DNA from: a virus
DNA: 64,000 nt
Reading direction: 5' to 3' (one strand)
Virus record (IMG/VR): IMGVR_UViG_3300037760_000114
Coordinates: 1 to 64,000 of that record
In this document: piece by piece, positions 54,251-64,000 of the stretch
Layout of the letters: each line of letters starts with the position of its first letter
Position numbering within the stretch: the stretch's first letter is position 1
The notes under the pieces: model-generated
Told to the model about the DNA's origin: nothing
The model's input: the letters and a program-made list of their open reading frames with translations, nothing else
The model's database searches: none
Translations under genes and position numbers: made by a program

Positions 54251-56894
54251 GCTGCGGCTCCTCTGCGGCGGTGGTGGGGATGGTGATGATGCCGGTGCGG
54301 ACGGCCTGCGCCAGCGTTATCCCCGGGTAGCCGTCGGCGAGTTGGTCCAGTGCGGCCTCCACTGATCCGGGTTGCCCGTGCCAGGTGAGCGCGTCGGCGG
54401 CTGCGTCGCGGGCGATCTCCTGCCGCAGTTCGGGGTCGAGGATCGCGGCGAGCCGCTGCACCTCGGCGCGGGCGGTGGCCAACTCGTCGCGGGCGACCTT
54501 CAACTCTGCGTGCAAGCGCAGCCGATGCATGGCGTTTTCGTCGCCGAGTTCACATTGGTGCTGGAATCGCTGCTGTGCACGCTCAGCCTCGGCCTTCCAC
54601 CGGTCCCGGTCGGCGGTCAGCTCTTGGACCATGCCGGCCCATGCCGCACGGACCGCGCCACCGATCTGCCCAGCCTGCTCAGCGGCGGCGAGCAGGGCAC
54701 GCAGCTGGTCGGCGTCGGCGGCGGTCATCTCGACGCAGACGACGCCATCGGGCCACTCGGCGGGGCTGGCGTCGGACACGATCCGGTCGATGGTGGTGCG
54801 GTCCCAGCCGGGGCCGTCGCCCGGCGTACTGTCCACCCCACTGTCCGCCCCCTTTTGGCCGCTGGGCTGCGGCGTTGCGCCGTCGCCGGTGGTGGTGGTG
54901 TCCGGTGGGTTGTCCGGCCGGCGGGTGCCGCAGTGGGGGCAGATGCTCCACTCGGGGTCCGGTGCAGCGCCGCAGTGGTGGCACCGTGGCGCCGAGCCGG
55001 CGGCCACGGCGCGGGCGGTGTCGAGCACCCACCGTGCGGCCGGGCAGTCCGGGTCGTGGGACTGGGTGTCCTGGCACCGGCAGGTGGCCAGGTCGAGCCC
55101 GCCTGGCGCCAAGTTGGGGGCGGGTTCACTTGGAGCGTCGACCTCACGCTCCAAGTTCCGTTGGCTTGAATCCGCCGGGCCGGGATTCAGGTCTTCCGGG
55201 TGCGGCTTGAATCCGTCCGCGTCGGCGGCGTCCACGGCGGCGCGCTGGCGGCGCAGCAGCTCCCGCATGATGTCAGGCACGTCGACGGGCACGCCTTGCC
55301 GCGTTTCTGCGGCGAGGTCCCGGGCGGTGTCGAGCACCCGCGGCACCCACGCCGCCCGCTCCCGGTCCCCGACGGCAGTCCCGGCCACGATGGCGCGGAT
55401 TTCGTCATCCTGCCGCTGGACCATGCGCCGCAGCTCCCGCACCAGGGCCACCAGCGCCGGCACGTCGGTGCGGGCGTGCGCCACGAACTCGGCGTCAGCG
55501 TGCCCTTCGTCGCTGTCTTCGTCGTACGCGGGCGCGTTCGGCCCGGCGCACACCCATCCGTGGTCGCCGATCGTGACGCAGCCATGCAGCGGGTTGGGGT
55601 CGGTGTGCTCCTTGTGCCACGGTCCGGGGGTGGCTGCGTTGGCGCGGGCCTCGATCGCGTCGAGGTCGAGCCCGCCCGCCCGTGCGCCGCTGTGGGCGTC
55701 CGGGGTGCCCGGGGCCGTGCCCGGGGCCGTGGTGGCGGCAGCGGCAGGCCCAGCCGGTGCGGCGGGCCGATCACAGCCGCATGTCGCCGTACACCGCTCG
55801 CCGTAGCCGTGTTTGCCGTTCGCACCAAGCGGGCGATGCCGGTCGCATTCGTCGACCAGCCGACCGAGCCGGGCGATGTGCTCGTAGCGCCGATTGCCGG
55901 GTGGTAGCTGGCCAAGGGCAGTCTGCGCTACGCACAGGGTTTCCCGGAGCATCTTCGGCGAGTCGGGCACGGTCAGCGTTGTCCCGGATCGCTGTGCGGG
56001 TGCGGCGGGCCGCTGTGGCGTCTCCCGCCACGGGGACAGCCCGCCCACCTCGATGCGGTGCGCGTCGACCACCAACATGGCAGCGTTGGTCCTTGACGCA
56101 TCCGCCTGCCGCAGGTCGCTGCGCTCCCACCGTTCGGCGGCTTCGCTGCACTGGTCGGCTTCCCACCGCAGCGCGGCGACCCACTCGGCGCGGGTGCGGG
56201 CATCCTCCACCCGCTGCGCCTCCGCCTGCATCTCGGCGAACTGGGCTTCCATCACCCAGCCGGCGGAGGTCCGCCAGCCGTCGCCGTCGTGGTCCCACTC
56301 GACCGGCATCACGATGGTGACGCTCTCCGGCTCCGGCTGGTCGGCGGCCCATGGCGGAGCGAAGCGGCCCTCCCATGCGCCGCACGCCGGGCACTGTGCC
56401 TGCCTGTCGTCAGGGCCGAAGGTGAGTTGCCCGTAGCAGCGCTGACCGTCCGGCTCCAGTTCATTGCGGCATGGGCGACTGACGGCGGCCGGGGCGTCCG
56501 CCTGCTGGTCGTCCTGCACCTCCTGCACCTCCTGCACCTCCTGCCGAGCCTTGACCGCGGCCAGCCCGGCGCGCAGCCGTGCCGCGTAGGCGAATGCCGG
56601 CGCGAGAGCTTCCTCGGCGGCGGCCTCGGCTGCTGCGTGCACGTCGGCTGCCGGGGTGTCTGCCGGCGGCTCCTGCCGGACGCTGCGCCACGGCAGGTCC
56701 GTGGTCCCCCCGGCGGTGCTGATCTCACCGGTCGGACCGCAGACGGTACCGCCGGAGCCGTCGGGCACGGCGTGGACACAAGCCGGTCGGATGCCGCCGC
56801 ACCAGCCGTCGGGCCACCCGACGCGGCGGACGCTGTGCGGGTCGTGCGGGTCGGTGTCGCCGCACGGCGCGGTGGTCGGGTCGGGCGCGGTCAT
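54243..56894 (-). CDS. Large mosaic protein containing an Ead/Ea22-like module and Zn ribbons
   Basis: LDLDAIEARANAATPGPW...DAEFVAHARTDVPALV; CPAC, CHHC/CPHC; QEV x3 tandem. Confidence 0.65.
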   Translation of the reverse strand: MTAPDPTTAPCGDTDPHDPHSVRRVGWPDGWCGGIRPACVHAVPDGSGGTVCGPTGEISTAGGTTDLPWRSVRQEPPADTPAADVHAAAEAAAEEALAPAFAYAARLRAGLAAVKARQEVQEVQEVQDDQQADAPAAVSRPCRNELEPDGQRCYGQLTFGPDDRQAQCPACGAWEGRFAPPWAADQPEPESVTIVMPVEWDHDGDGWRTSAGWVMEAQFAEMQAEAQRVEDARTRAEWVAALRWEADQCSEAAERWERSDLRQADASRTNAAMLVVDAHRIEVGGLSPWRETPQRPAAPAQRSGTTLTVPDSPKMLRETLCVAQTALGQLPPGNRRYEHIARLGRLVDECDRHRPLGANGKHGYGERCTATCGCDRPAAPAGPAAAATTAPGTAPGTPDAHSGARAGGLDLDAIEARANAATPGPWHKEHTDPNPLHGCVTIGDHGWVCAGPNAPAYDEDSDEGHADAEFVAHARTDVPALVALVRELRRMVQRQDDEIRAIVAGTAVGDRERAAWVPRVLDTARDLAAETRQGVPVDVPDIMRELLRRQRAAVDAADADGFKPHPEDLNPGPADSSQRNLEREVDAPSEPAPNLAPGGLDLATCRCQDTQSHDPDCPAARWVLDTARAVAAGSAPRCHHCGAAPDPEWSICPHCGTRRPDNPPDTTTTGDGATPQPSGQKGADSGVDSTPGDGPGWDRTTIDRIVSDASPAEWPDGVVCVEMTAADADQLRALLAAAEQAGQIGGAVRAAWAGMVQELTADRDRWKAEAERAQQRFQHQCELGDENAMHRLRLHAELKVARDELATARAEVQRLAAILDPELRQEIARDAAADALTWHGQPGSVEAALDQLADGYPGITLAQAVRTGIITIPTTAAEEPQHG

Positions 56895-58061
56895 CGGGAC
56901 TCTCCCTCGGTGGTGGTGGTTTCGATGTCGCGCATCAAGCGGGCTACGGCGGCGGCGTGCTGCTCGGGGATGCCGTACCGGCGACAAGCGGCCAGCGCCG
57001 CCCGCTGGCTCAGGTCATGCAGCTCGGCGGCTGCATCGGTGGCAGCCCGGTCCGCCGCGACGGCTCCCGGCTTCGGCCAGCCGGGGCAGCCGAACTCGCC
57101 CCACGAGGTGCGCAGAGTGTGGCGGGCGTGTGGCCGCTTGTCCACGCAGGTGCCTAGGTGCGGGTCACGCTGGTAGTGCTGGCTCATCGGGTGCTCCCCT
57201 CGGTGGTGGTAGATCCGCTGCGGCGGTACGGGCGGCGGCCCGTACGCAGCCACTCCAGCAGCGGCTCCGCCAGGTCAATGACGTGGTTGGCGACACCATG
57301 CGGGGTTCCGGACACGTCGCCGATGATGTAGGCGGCGGTGTTCAGCGCCGACTCGCGGAGCTGCTGCTCGCGGGTGGCGTCGTTGTCGGCTTCGGCGATG
57401 GTGCGCAGGGCGCGTTGCTCCTCGATGAGCATTTGGGTTGGACTCAGGCGGTCGGACATGGTCACTCCTCGGTGGTGGTAGTGGCGCCGCATCCGCAGCG
57501 GTGGTACCGGTCGTCATGCGGCGGACGCACACAGGAGTGATCACGCCAGCCAGCGGGGTTGTGGGAGCTGGTCCACTCGTGGCCGCAGTGGCTCATCGGG
57601 TCACTCCGTCCCGATCGCGTCGTGGAACATGGCCGCGGTCGGGATCGCAGCCGCCAGCCACACTGCGCCGACAATCAGCGACGCTGTCTCATGGCCAGCG
57701 ATCACCAGTCCGAGCGCCACCGCCCAACCTGTGACGGCCACCACGACCAGCACTGCGCCAGCCGCCTCGGCAACCCACTGCCGCACTCCCCGGCTCATCG
57801 CCGCACCGCCTGAGCCACGAACCGGATCACAGCTCCAGCGGCCAGGCAGATCAGAACCAGCGGCCAATACCCGACCGGCGGCACCGACGCAGACAGCTCG
57901 TGATGCAGCACCCCCATCGCCAGCATCACCAGCCAGCCCACCAGCAGACTCGACAGCACGGATATCAGGGCAGCCACGACCATCAGGCGGGCGACCTCAA
58001 GCATTGATCCCCCGCTGCTCATCGCTGCCCCTGCTCGGTCGCCTCGTCGGGTAGCCCGCAC
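56891..58061 (-). other. Chain of small hypothetical and membrane CDSs
   Basis: Short coupled ORFs (MSQHY.., MSDRL.., MSHCG.., two 2-TM proteins). Confidence 0.5.
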
Positions 58062-58188
58062 AGGTTCCGGTGATGCTCACGCACCACCCGACGCTCGGCC
58101 GCTGTGAACTCCTGCGTGAACACGGTCTGCGGCCAGCCGACAGGGCAACGGCACTCAACAGCCGGGCTGGTATCCCGACCGGTGGCGG

Positions 58189-58461
58189 TCACCGGGAATC
58201 CCCCACCGGCTCGTACGTCGCCGCGAACACGTCCGGCTTGATCGGATAGAACGTGCCCGGCTTCGAGTCCGGCACCACCCAGTCACCGACCCGGCAGGGC
58301 GCCGGATCGCCGTGCGTGGTGGTCAGGATCAGGTGCTCCGGATTCTTCTCGGTCGGCCCGTAGATGCCGTCCGCGCCGAACGCACCCCAGATCTCGGCCA
58401 CGTTGTCGCCGGTGAACTGGATCGCCTCTACCTCGATTGGCTTCTTGCGGTAGGTCCCCAT
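58189..58461 (-). CDS. Conserved phage protein (YRKKP..VEAIQ...GDW...YP.KPD.F..TYE family)
   Basis: Full family motif present. Confidence 0.8.
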   Translation of the reverse strand: MGTYRKKPIEVEAIQFTGDNVAEIWGAFGADGIYGPTEKNPEHLILTTTHGDPAPCRVGDWVVPDSKPGTFYPIKPDVFAATYEPVGDSR

Positions 58462-58466
58462 GTCCA

Positions 58467-58673
58467 TCACTCCTCGTTGATCTCGTCGTTGTCCAGTCCG
58501 TCCAGCAGGGAGGGCTGCATCGGGTTGCCGACCCGCACCGGCCGCACCGGGCGGGGCTTCCTGGCCCGCACCAACCCCAGCCGCGCCGCGCACGTCCTGC
58601 CGAGCCCGATGGGAACCCATCCCGGATCGGACAACACCCGGCGGCAACGGCGGCAGCGAACGGCGTCGGTCAC
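58467..58673 (-). CDS. DUF6011-like Zn-finger protein
   Basis: CRRCRRVLSDP...GLGRTCA. Confidence 0.75.
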   Translation of the reverse strand: MTDAVRCRRCRRVLSDPGWVPIGLGRTCAARLGLVRARKPRPVRPVRVGNPMQPSLLDGLDNDEINEE

Positions 58674-59103
58674 TCGTCGGTCCGCCAGCCCTCGTCGCAT
58701 CCGTCCGGGCACCCACCCGTACCGCCGCACTCGCCACAGCCGCCCATCTCACTGGCCCATCCGTCACACCCCGGGCAGACACCGCCAGCCATGCAGGTGG
58801 AGCAGCGCCAGCGGCACGGGCCTTGGTGTCCGGTGCCCTCGCTGTCGTCCAAGGCGCAGCAGCCGTGATCCTCCGGCGGATGCAGGGCAGCGGGGCGGGT
58901 CATCCGCTCACTGGCCACGCTGACTCCTCTCGATCTGTTCCCGGATCAGCCGGGCCACCGGCGGGGTGACGAACCCCGAGACGCCAGGTGTGTCCTCGGT
59001 GGCGTCGGGGTCGAACGTCGGGGCGGTGTGGGCGCGTGCCCGTTCCACCGCTGCCGCCCCCGCTGCGGCAGCAGCACGCTCCCCCGCCGTCCGATGCCCG
59101 GAC

Positions 59104-59640
59104 TCAGGCCGCATCGCAGTCCTCCCCGGGCGTACCGGCCATCCGCTCGACCGTCTCCGCCAGCTCCGCGAGAGCATCGCGGCGCGGCTGCGGCTCCAGG
59201 CTCCGCACTCTGCCCAGCGCGGCCCGCGCGGCGGCCACGCCACGGGCGTTGCGCTCCCCCTGACTCGGCCCAGCGGCGAACCTGCCCGGCGGCAACGCCA
59301 GCCGCTGAGACTCCCCCGGCGTGGGTTGCTGGACCCGCCTCAGTGCCTCCAGTACGGCGTACGGATCGTCCGGGTCAACACCCCGCAAGGCTCGCAGCTC
59401 CTGGACCCACTGCCCCCGGGACTCAGCCCGGCGGCGCCGCTTCACCACGGCGATCACGTGCCCCGCCTTCAGGTAGGCGTCCGGACTGGTGGTGTAGTGC
59501 TCCCGCACAGCGGCGGCAGCCTCAGCCAAGCTGATCCCCTCCAGGTCGGCTGCCCACGCCTGAGCGGCGGCCTGACTCGGCGTCCGGTTGTCGTACACGG
59601 CGGCGATCGCCAACAGCTTGATCGCGTCCTGGATGTTCAT
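59104..59640 (-). CDS. Helicase loader/inhibitor-like protein
   Basis: Directly after the replication initiator; LLAIAAVYDNR...AWAADL...AAVREHY. Confidence 0.7.
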   Translation of the reverse strand: MNIQDAIKLLAIAAVYDNRTPSQAAAQAWAADLEGISLAEAAAAVREHYTTSPDAYLKAGHVIAVVKRRRRAESRGQWVQELRALRGVDPDDPYAVLEALRRVQQPTPGESQRLALPPGRFAAGPSQGERNARGVAAARAALGRVRSLEPQPRRDALAELAETVERMAGTPGEDCDAA

Positions 59641-60701
59641 GTCGCCCCCTCTGCGGCGAGCTGGGCGCCGAGATCGAGCCAGCCCTGAACGCGGCTGTCG
59701 GTGGTGGACTGCCGCTGGTCGGGGCGTTTCTGGTGCCGCAGGGCGACCACCGTCCCGGGCTGCTCGGCGTCCGGCACGGCGGTGCTGATCTGGTGGATCA
59801 GCGACGGCAGCACACCGGGTCCGAGGTCGCCGCGTACCTGCCACAGCCGCAGCGCCTCGGCCACATCGGTTTCGGTGGTGCCGACCCGCAGCGCGTCGTG
59901 GACGTGCCGGGCGATCGCGTCTACCACGGCGGGCTGCGCTCTGCCGTTGGGCAGCGACGAGAGCCAGCCGGTGATGATCCGTTCGGCTGGTCCGGCTGGG
60001 TCGCTGTTGGGCGGCTCGCCAAGATCGCGGCCCCTACTACCGTTAGCTACGTACGCAGCTGTACCACCGGGGTTCGGGGAATCGGGGATAGGGGAATCAC
60101 TACTACTACTCCGTACCCTTCCCCTTTCCCCGTGGGCACCACGCGTGCCCTTCCCGGAAGGCACATCGGAACCCTTCCCGGAAGGGTTCCCCGAACGGTT
60201 GTCTTGACGGTTGTCTTGACGGTTGCTCGGTGGGTCTGGGTACCCATCTCCGATGGCTTGCAGCATCTCCGCGACGATCGCGGCGGACCTCTGGGTCATG
60301 TCCCCCGCCTCGGCGATCCGGCGCAGCTCAACGGCGAGTTCACTCAGGATCGGGCGGCTCTCGATCAGCGGCAGATGGTCTCGGGCAGCGCACAGGACGT
60401 TCGGCTGCCGGTACACCTTGTCGCGGCGCATGAACGACCGCACCAGCAACTCCTCGGTGTCTTCGTCGATCACCACGAACCGGCCGGCCACCAACTCCCC
60501 CAGCGCGGCCGTGACCACCTCGGGCGTCAGGTCGCGGGCACGTCGAGCCCAACGCTTGACCCGGAGGGCAATCACACCGGTGTGCGCCATGTCGCGCTGT
60601 GACAGCAGGAACATGAAGACCCGCTGCGCGTCGCCCGTGAGCGCAAGGAAGTCATCGTCGTCCCAGATGTCCACGGTGATCCGGGCCTCGCTACGCGCCA
60701 C
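59637..60701 (-). CDS. Phage replication initiator protein
   Basis: ARITVDIWDDDDFLALT..AQRVFMFLLSQ, DEDTEELLVRSF...QPN; internal repeats. Confidence 0.85.
   Translation of the reverse strand: MARSEARITVDIWDDDDFLALTGDAQRVFMFLLSQRDMAHTGVIALRVKRWARRARDLTPEVVTAALGELVAGRFVVIDEDTEELLVRSFMRRDKVYRQPNVLCAARDHLPLIESRPILSELAVELRRIAEAGDMTQRSAAIVAEMLQAIGDGYPDPPSNRQDNRQDNRSGNPSGKGSDVPSGKGTRGAHGERGRVRSSSSDSPIPDSPNPGGTAAYVANGSRGRDLGEPPNSDPAGPAERIITGWLSSLPNGRAQPAVVDAIARHVHDALRVGTTETDVAEALRLWQVRGDLGPGVLPSLIHQISTAVPDAEQPGTVVALRHQKRPDQRQSTTDSRVQGWLDLGAQLAAEGAT
60097..60225. repeat. Probable replication origin (iterons) inside the initiator gene
   Basis: CCCTTCCCGGAAGG x2 (60148, 60172); ACGGTTGTCTTG x2.5 (60195-60225); adjacent (CTA)n stretch. 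Confidence 0.6.
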
Positions 60702-61326
60702 GGCTACCTCCCGCCACGGCCACAGGCGTCCAGTCGACCCGGTTACCCTTCTGGCGATTGCACGGGGAGCACGACAGGACCAGGTTGTCGGCGATCGTCT
60801 CGCCACCCAAAGACTCTGGGATCAGGTGATCTAGTTCGTGTTCGAAAACCACCCAGTGGGCCGTGGCCCGCTTGATCGGCCAATCGACCCTCCCCAGTAC
60901 CCCACAGTGGTGGCAGGGTACGTAGCAGCTATCACCCGGGCGCGCGCCGTACCTGATCGCCACCTCAAGGCGCACAGACGTGGGGATCTTCGCCTTCCTA
61001 TAGGTGCTTTCCGGCTTCGGGAAAACCGGGCCGTGGTCGCCGGCAACGACCCTGTATCGGGTTCGTTCTGGTGAACCCTGAACAGAGCTAGATCGCAAGC
61101 GGATGATCCATCCCAGGCGCTCAAGGCGGCCGAGCCACCGAGCCACCGTGGCACGACCTAGACCGGTCGCTGTCTTGATCTCGTTCAGCGACAGCGACAG
61201 GGCCGGCGGTTCTGACGCATCGTCCTTCACGAACGACAGGAGCGTCAGCAAGATCAACCGGGCCGGCCATTCCAGCTTGGAACCCAACACGGCCACCTGA
61301 ATCTCCCGCTTGGTCATTGGTGTCAC
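60691..61326 (-). CDS. wHTH + HNH endonuclease
   Basis: SLNEIKTATGLGRATVARWLGRLERLGWI; CHHC...ELDHLIPESLGG....NLVLSCSPCNRQKG. Confidence 0.88.
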   Translation of the reverse strand: MTPMTKREIQVAVLGSKLEWPARLILLTLLSFVKDDASEPPALSLSLNEIKTATGLGRATVARWLGRLERLGWIIRLRSSSVQGSPERTRYRVVAGDHGPVFPKPESTYRKAKIPTSVRLEVAIRYGARPGDSCYVPCHHCGVLGRVDWPIKRATAHWVVFEHELDHLIPESLGGETIADNLVLSCSPCNRQKGNRVDWTPVAVAGGSRGA

Positions 61327-61415
61327 CCCCTGCCCCTCCCGCCGGTCAGTCATCCGTTCGGTCACCCCGCCCTCCCCTGCTTGCATGACCCATCCATATG
61401 CCCTAACCATTGGTG

Positions 61416-61452
61416 TGTGGCTACGGTGGTGGCTACGTACGTGGTTACAATA
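61416..61452 (+). promoter_or_regulatory. Triple GTGGYTAC direct repeat overlapping a -10-like TACAAT
   Basis: GTGGCTAC, GTGGCTAC, GTGGTTAC in the divergent intergenic region. Confidence 0.55.
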
Positions 61453-61544
61453 GCCTGATGACCAGAGCGACAACCACGCCACCCGCCTCGTACTTTCAGA
61501 CGACCCTGTCGCCACCAGAAGGGCCACGCACGTACGCTGACGGC

Positions 61545-61742
61545 GTGGCCACTGATAGCAGCGACATCCGACGCTTCCGCGCCGACGACGAACTGTGGGC
61601 GGCCTACACCGCAGTGGTTGGCGAGCGTCGCCGATCCGCTGATCTCCGGGCCTACATCGAGTGGCGGATTGAGCATCCCGACCAGCCCTTGCCCGGCCGC
61701 TGGCGCGGCCCTGCCGTGCGCAGGCAGAAGACCGGCGAGTAG
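61545..61742 (+). CDS. Small RHH-like protein
   Basis: IRRFRADDELWAAY....RSADLRAYIEW. Confidence 0.65.
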   Translation: MATDSSDIRRFRADDELWAAYTAVVGERRRSADLRAYIEWRIEHPDQPLPGRWRGPAVRRQKTGE

Positions 61743-61745
61743 GTC

Positions 61746-62216
61746 ATGCCGTGGCGACAGGGAGCCGCGCTGTACCGGCTGTACGACGCTGACGGAGGGC
61801 TGCTCTACATCGGCATCGCCGAGAACCCGGACACCAGGTGGAAGCAGCACGCCAAGCAGTCGCACTGGTGGACCAAGGTCGACCCGTCGCGTTCCCGTGT
61901 TGAGTGGTACCCGGGAGGGTACGACGCGGCAGCCGCCGAGAAGGCGGCCATCGCGGCCGAAGATCCGCCGTTCAACGTGGTCGGCTCTCCGCGTCGCACC
62001 TACACGCCGAAGCCGAAGGTGGCGGAGATAGACGGCAGCCGCGCGGTGCCGATCAATGAGCTGAGACCGACCCTCGGCGACCGGGTCGACGCCGCCTACT
62101 TCCTCGGCGAGGACACCGTCGTCACCAAGAAGGGCAAGCCCCGCGCCGTCCTGGTCTCGCACGAGTGGTGGCAGCGCATGTGCGCGCTCGAAGCCGGGCG
62201 CGGCAACGAATCCTGA
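61746..62216 (+). CDS. GIY-YIG nuclease-like domain fused to a Phd/YefM antitoxin-like domain
   Basis: LYRLYDADGGLLYIGI....RWKQH...AEKAAI..E.PPFN; VPINELR..LGDRVD....TVVTKKGKPRAVLVS. Confidence 0.8.
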   Translation: MPWRQGAALYRLYDADGGLLYIGIAENPDTRWKQHAKQSHWWTKVDPSRSRVEWYPGGYDAAAAEKAAIAAEDPPFNVVGSPRRTYTPKPKVAEIDGSRAVPINELRPTLGDRVDAAYFLGEDTVVTKKGKPRAVLVSHEWWQRMCALEAGRGNES

Positions 62217-62246
62217 TCGCTCCCCCGTGAGCATCTGATCCCTCCC

Positions 62247-63077
62247 CTACTCTCTGGACTCCCCTGTGATCCGGTGCGACCACTCGATCGCCTCCGGGTC
62301 GATCGGCTCCACCTGATGCACCGGGTTGGCCTCCGGCAGGGCGCACAGCTCACACCGGCCCCGGTTCCGGTGGTCGCGGCTGCCGTCGTCCTGGTACAGG
62401 TGCCGCCGGACCTGGGTGACCGCGCCCCGCTTCGACACCCTCCGGCGGCCCATCACGCCGCCAGCTGATCCGAAGGCAGGTCCGGCACCGCAGCGGGCCG
62501 GCGGCCGTACTCCAGCCGCTTGCGGTCCATCTCCTCCCGCCGGTAGCCCACCTCGCACGCCACGTCGACCAGCTCGCCACGGGCCACATGCCGCCGGTAG
62601 GCCGGGGCGGTGCCGCACGGTGATCCGCCGTCCAGTTCCATGCGGCGGACCCGGCGCCGGTCCCGCATCGGGAACCGGTCCAGCTGCGTCCACCACACCA
62701 GCTCACTGATCGGCCGGTCCACGTTGATGCAGGCTGCGGCCAGGATCGCCACATCCCGCAGCTCCGTCACGTCCAAGCCGTCCAGCTCCCGCGCGACGGC
62801 GTCGGCCGGTTCGTCCCGCAGCCGCACCGCCAGCTCCATGGCTACCCGCAGTAGCCGCTCGGCCCGCCGGTCGGGGTCCTCATGCGGCGAGGGTGTGCCC
62901 ATCGCTGCTCACCTCCTCTGTGTCGTCGGTCTGGTCCGGGTGGTCCCGGCGGTAGTGGGAGTCGAGGTCTGCCATGGCCACGTCCAGGTCGTCGTACTCG
63001 CCCATCGCGGACACGGGCTGCCAGGCGGCCTGCTCGCAGCCCGGCTCGCCGCAGCGCCACCGGGGCGACCTATCCAC
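62247..63077 (-). other. Three small hypothetical CDSs (62247-62455, 62453-62902, 62880-63077)
   Basis: Coupled ORFs; CELC..H and CGTAPAYRRH..RGE...C motifs. Confidence 0.6.
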
Positions 63078-63702
63078 CGGGACCGGTGATCGCGTCGTAG
63101 AGCCTCAGCGCCCACTTCGCATCCCCCAGCGCGGTATGGCGCTCCTCCTCGTCCGGCGACTCCACCCCGCAGGCAGCGGCAAGGTCGTCGGACTTCCACG
63201 GCAGCCGCGTCAGGATCTCCATCGGCAGGCCGGCGTTGTGTGCGCCGGCCTGCGCGCGGCCGTGGAGCCACCCCAGCGCCAGCGCCTCCACGTCGATCAG
63301 GTGGTAGTGCCAGCCGGGCGTCAGGCCGTGTCGACGCAGCAGCGTCGCCAGTACCTCGGTGTCGAAGTTCGGGACCGCGCCGATGATGTGCGCGCCGTGG
63401 GTGACGCGGGCGACATGGCGAGCGGCCTCACTGGGGGATAGGAGTTCCCCGAGTCGGCGGTTGGTGACGGGCCACGAGAACGGGTGTGGCAGGTCCTTGG
63501 CCAGGTAGCGGCCGTACGGATGGCGGTCGTAGAATCTGCCCACCTTCAGCGCGAACGGGTCAGCGTCGGCCAGGTCTACCTCTACGTAGAACTGCCATCC
63601 AGACTCACCGTTGTCATCGCGGCGGATCATGGCGATGTCCCACGCCTGCCGCTGCGGATGCAGCCCGGTGGTTTCGGTGTCCAGCGCGCAAATCGGTGTC
63701 AT
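63070..63702 (-). CDS. DEDDh 3'-5' exonuclease
   Basis: ALDTETTGL, PNFD, HLIDV, HTALGDA. Confidence 0.9.
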   Translation of the reverse strand: MTPICALDTETTGLHPQRQAWDIAMIRRDDNGESGWQFYVEVDLADADPFALKVGRFYDRHPYGRYLAKDLPHPFSWPVTNRRLGELLSPSEAARHVARVTHGAHIIGAVPNFDTEVLATLLRRHGLTPGWHYHLIDVEALALGWLHGRAQAGAHNAGLPMEILTRLPWKSDDLAAACGVESPDEEERHTALGDAKWALRLYDAITGPGG

Positions 63703-63995
63703 GCCCTCTCCTCAGTTGATCCGTGCTGCTCGCTCTGTCGCTCGTCGCGTTCCCGCTCGTACCGGGCGGTCAGCTCCGCCAGCCGCGCCAACAGTCCCGG
63801 GGTCTCCTGCGCCGGCTTCGGCCCGAGGAACCCGTACAGCTGGCCGCAGACGACGCAGACGAACTCGGCGCCCCGGAACTCGAAGGTGCCCACCAGCGGC
63901 TCGTCATCGAGGTGGCAGGTCGCCACCCTGCGTTCCTTGCCGGTGGCCATGTCCAGCGCCAGCGCCACGTCTACCGGGTCGTGAATCTCAGCCAT
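63699..63995 (-). CDS. Hypothetical Zn-ribbon protein
   Basis: C....EPL...EFVCVVCG. Confidence 0.6.
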   Translation of the reverse strand: MAEIHDPVDVALALDMATGKERRVATCHLDDEPLVGTFEFRGAEFVCVVCGQLYGFLGPKPAQETPGLLARLAELTARYERERDERQSEQHGSTEERA

Positions 63996-64000
63996 CAGCC

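Larger units (their letters stand above)
1..64000. mobile_element. Actinobacterial siphovirus-like (pro)phage or phage-plasmid spanning the entire window
   Basis: Complete terminase-portal-capsid-tail-lysis module, replication/early region and accessory arm; no host genes or att boundaries seen. Confidence 0.93.

Noticed and set aside
56513-56544. 9-bp tandem repeat CCTGCACCT as a regulatory or CRISPR-like array
   Set aside because: In-frame coding microsatellite (QEV x3) without spacers
1-64000. tRNA, tmRNA or rRNA genes
   Set aside because: No cloverleaf or rRNA signature recognised by eye; tRNAscan-SE/Infernal would be needed to exclude them

Overview
The whole window reads as one very GC-rich actinobacterial temperate phage or phage-plasmid. 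No host housekeeping genes, att junction, rRNA or tRNA were recognised. The minus strand from ~64 kb to ~13 kb follows the usual siphovirus order: early/replication genes (DEDDh exonuclease, HTH-HNH, replication initiator with internal iterons, helicase-loader-like gene, many small ORFs, an internal XerC/D-like recombinase beside a dif-like site), then HNH, terminase, portal, MuF-like, scaffold, SU10-type major capsid, head-tail connectors, tail tube, frameshifted tail chaperone, tape measure, tail tip, amidase lysin, membrane/holin genes and a tail fibre. A five-gene glyco-modification cassette sits directly behind the capsid gene. The plus-strand left arm (1-13.1 kb) is accessory. It holds an actinomycete conjugation-like module (BldC-like HTH, membrane protein, FtsK/TraB-like ATPase, endonuclease VII, small membrane proteins), XRE and GntR regulators and a LAxTG-anchored surface protein. 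The two strongest candidates for something new are also here. (i) A compact operon: a strong promoter inside an inverted repeat, a minimal kinase-fold gene, a full-length solitary type I-C Cas7 (Csd2) and a small HTH. (ii) About 5 kb away, a second promoter-ORF-RHH cassette ending in a repeat-spacer-repeat CRISPR mini-array whose repeat ends look type I-G-like. Together these suggest a phage system that blocks or hijacks host CRISPR-Cas; this is an untested inference. All product calls come from motif recognition by eye, and many start codons are my refinements of the ORF track.
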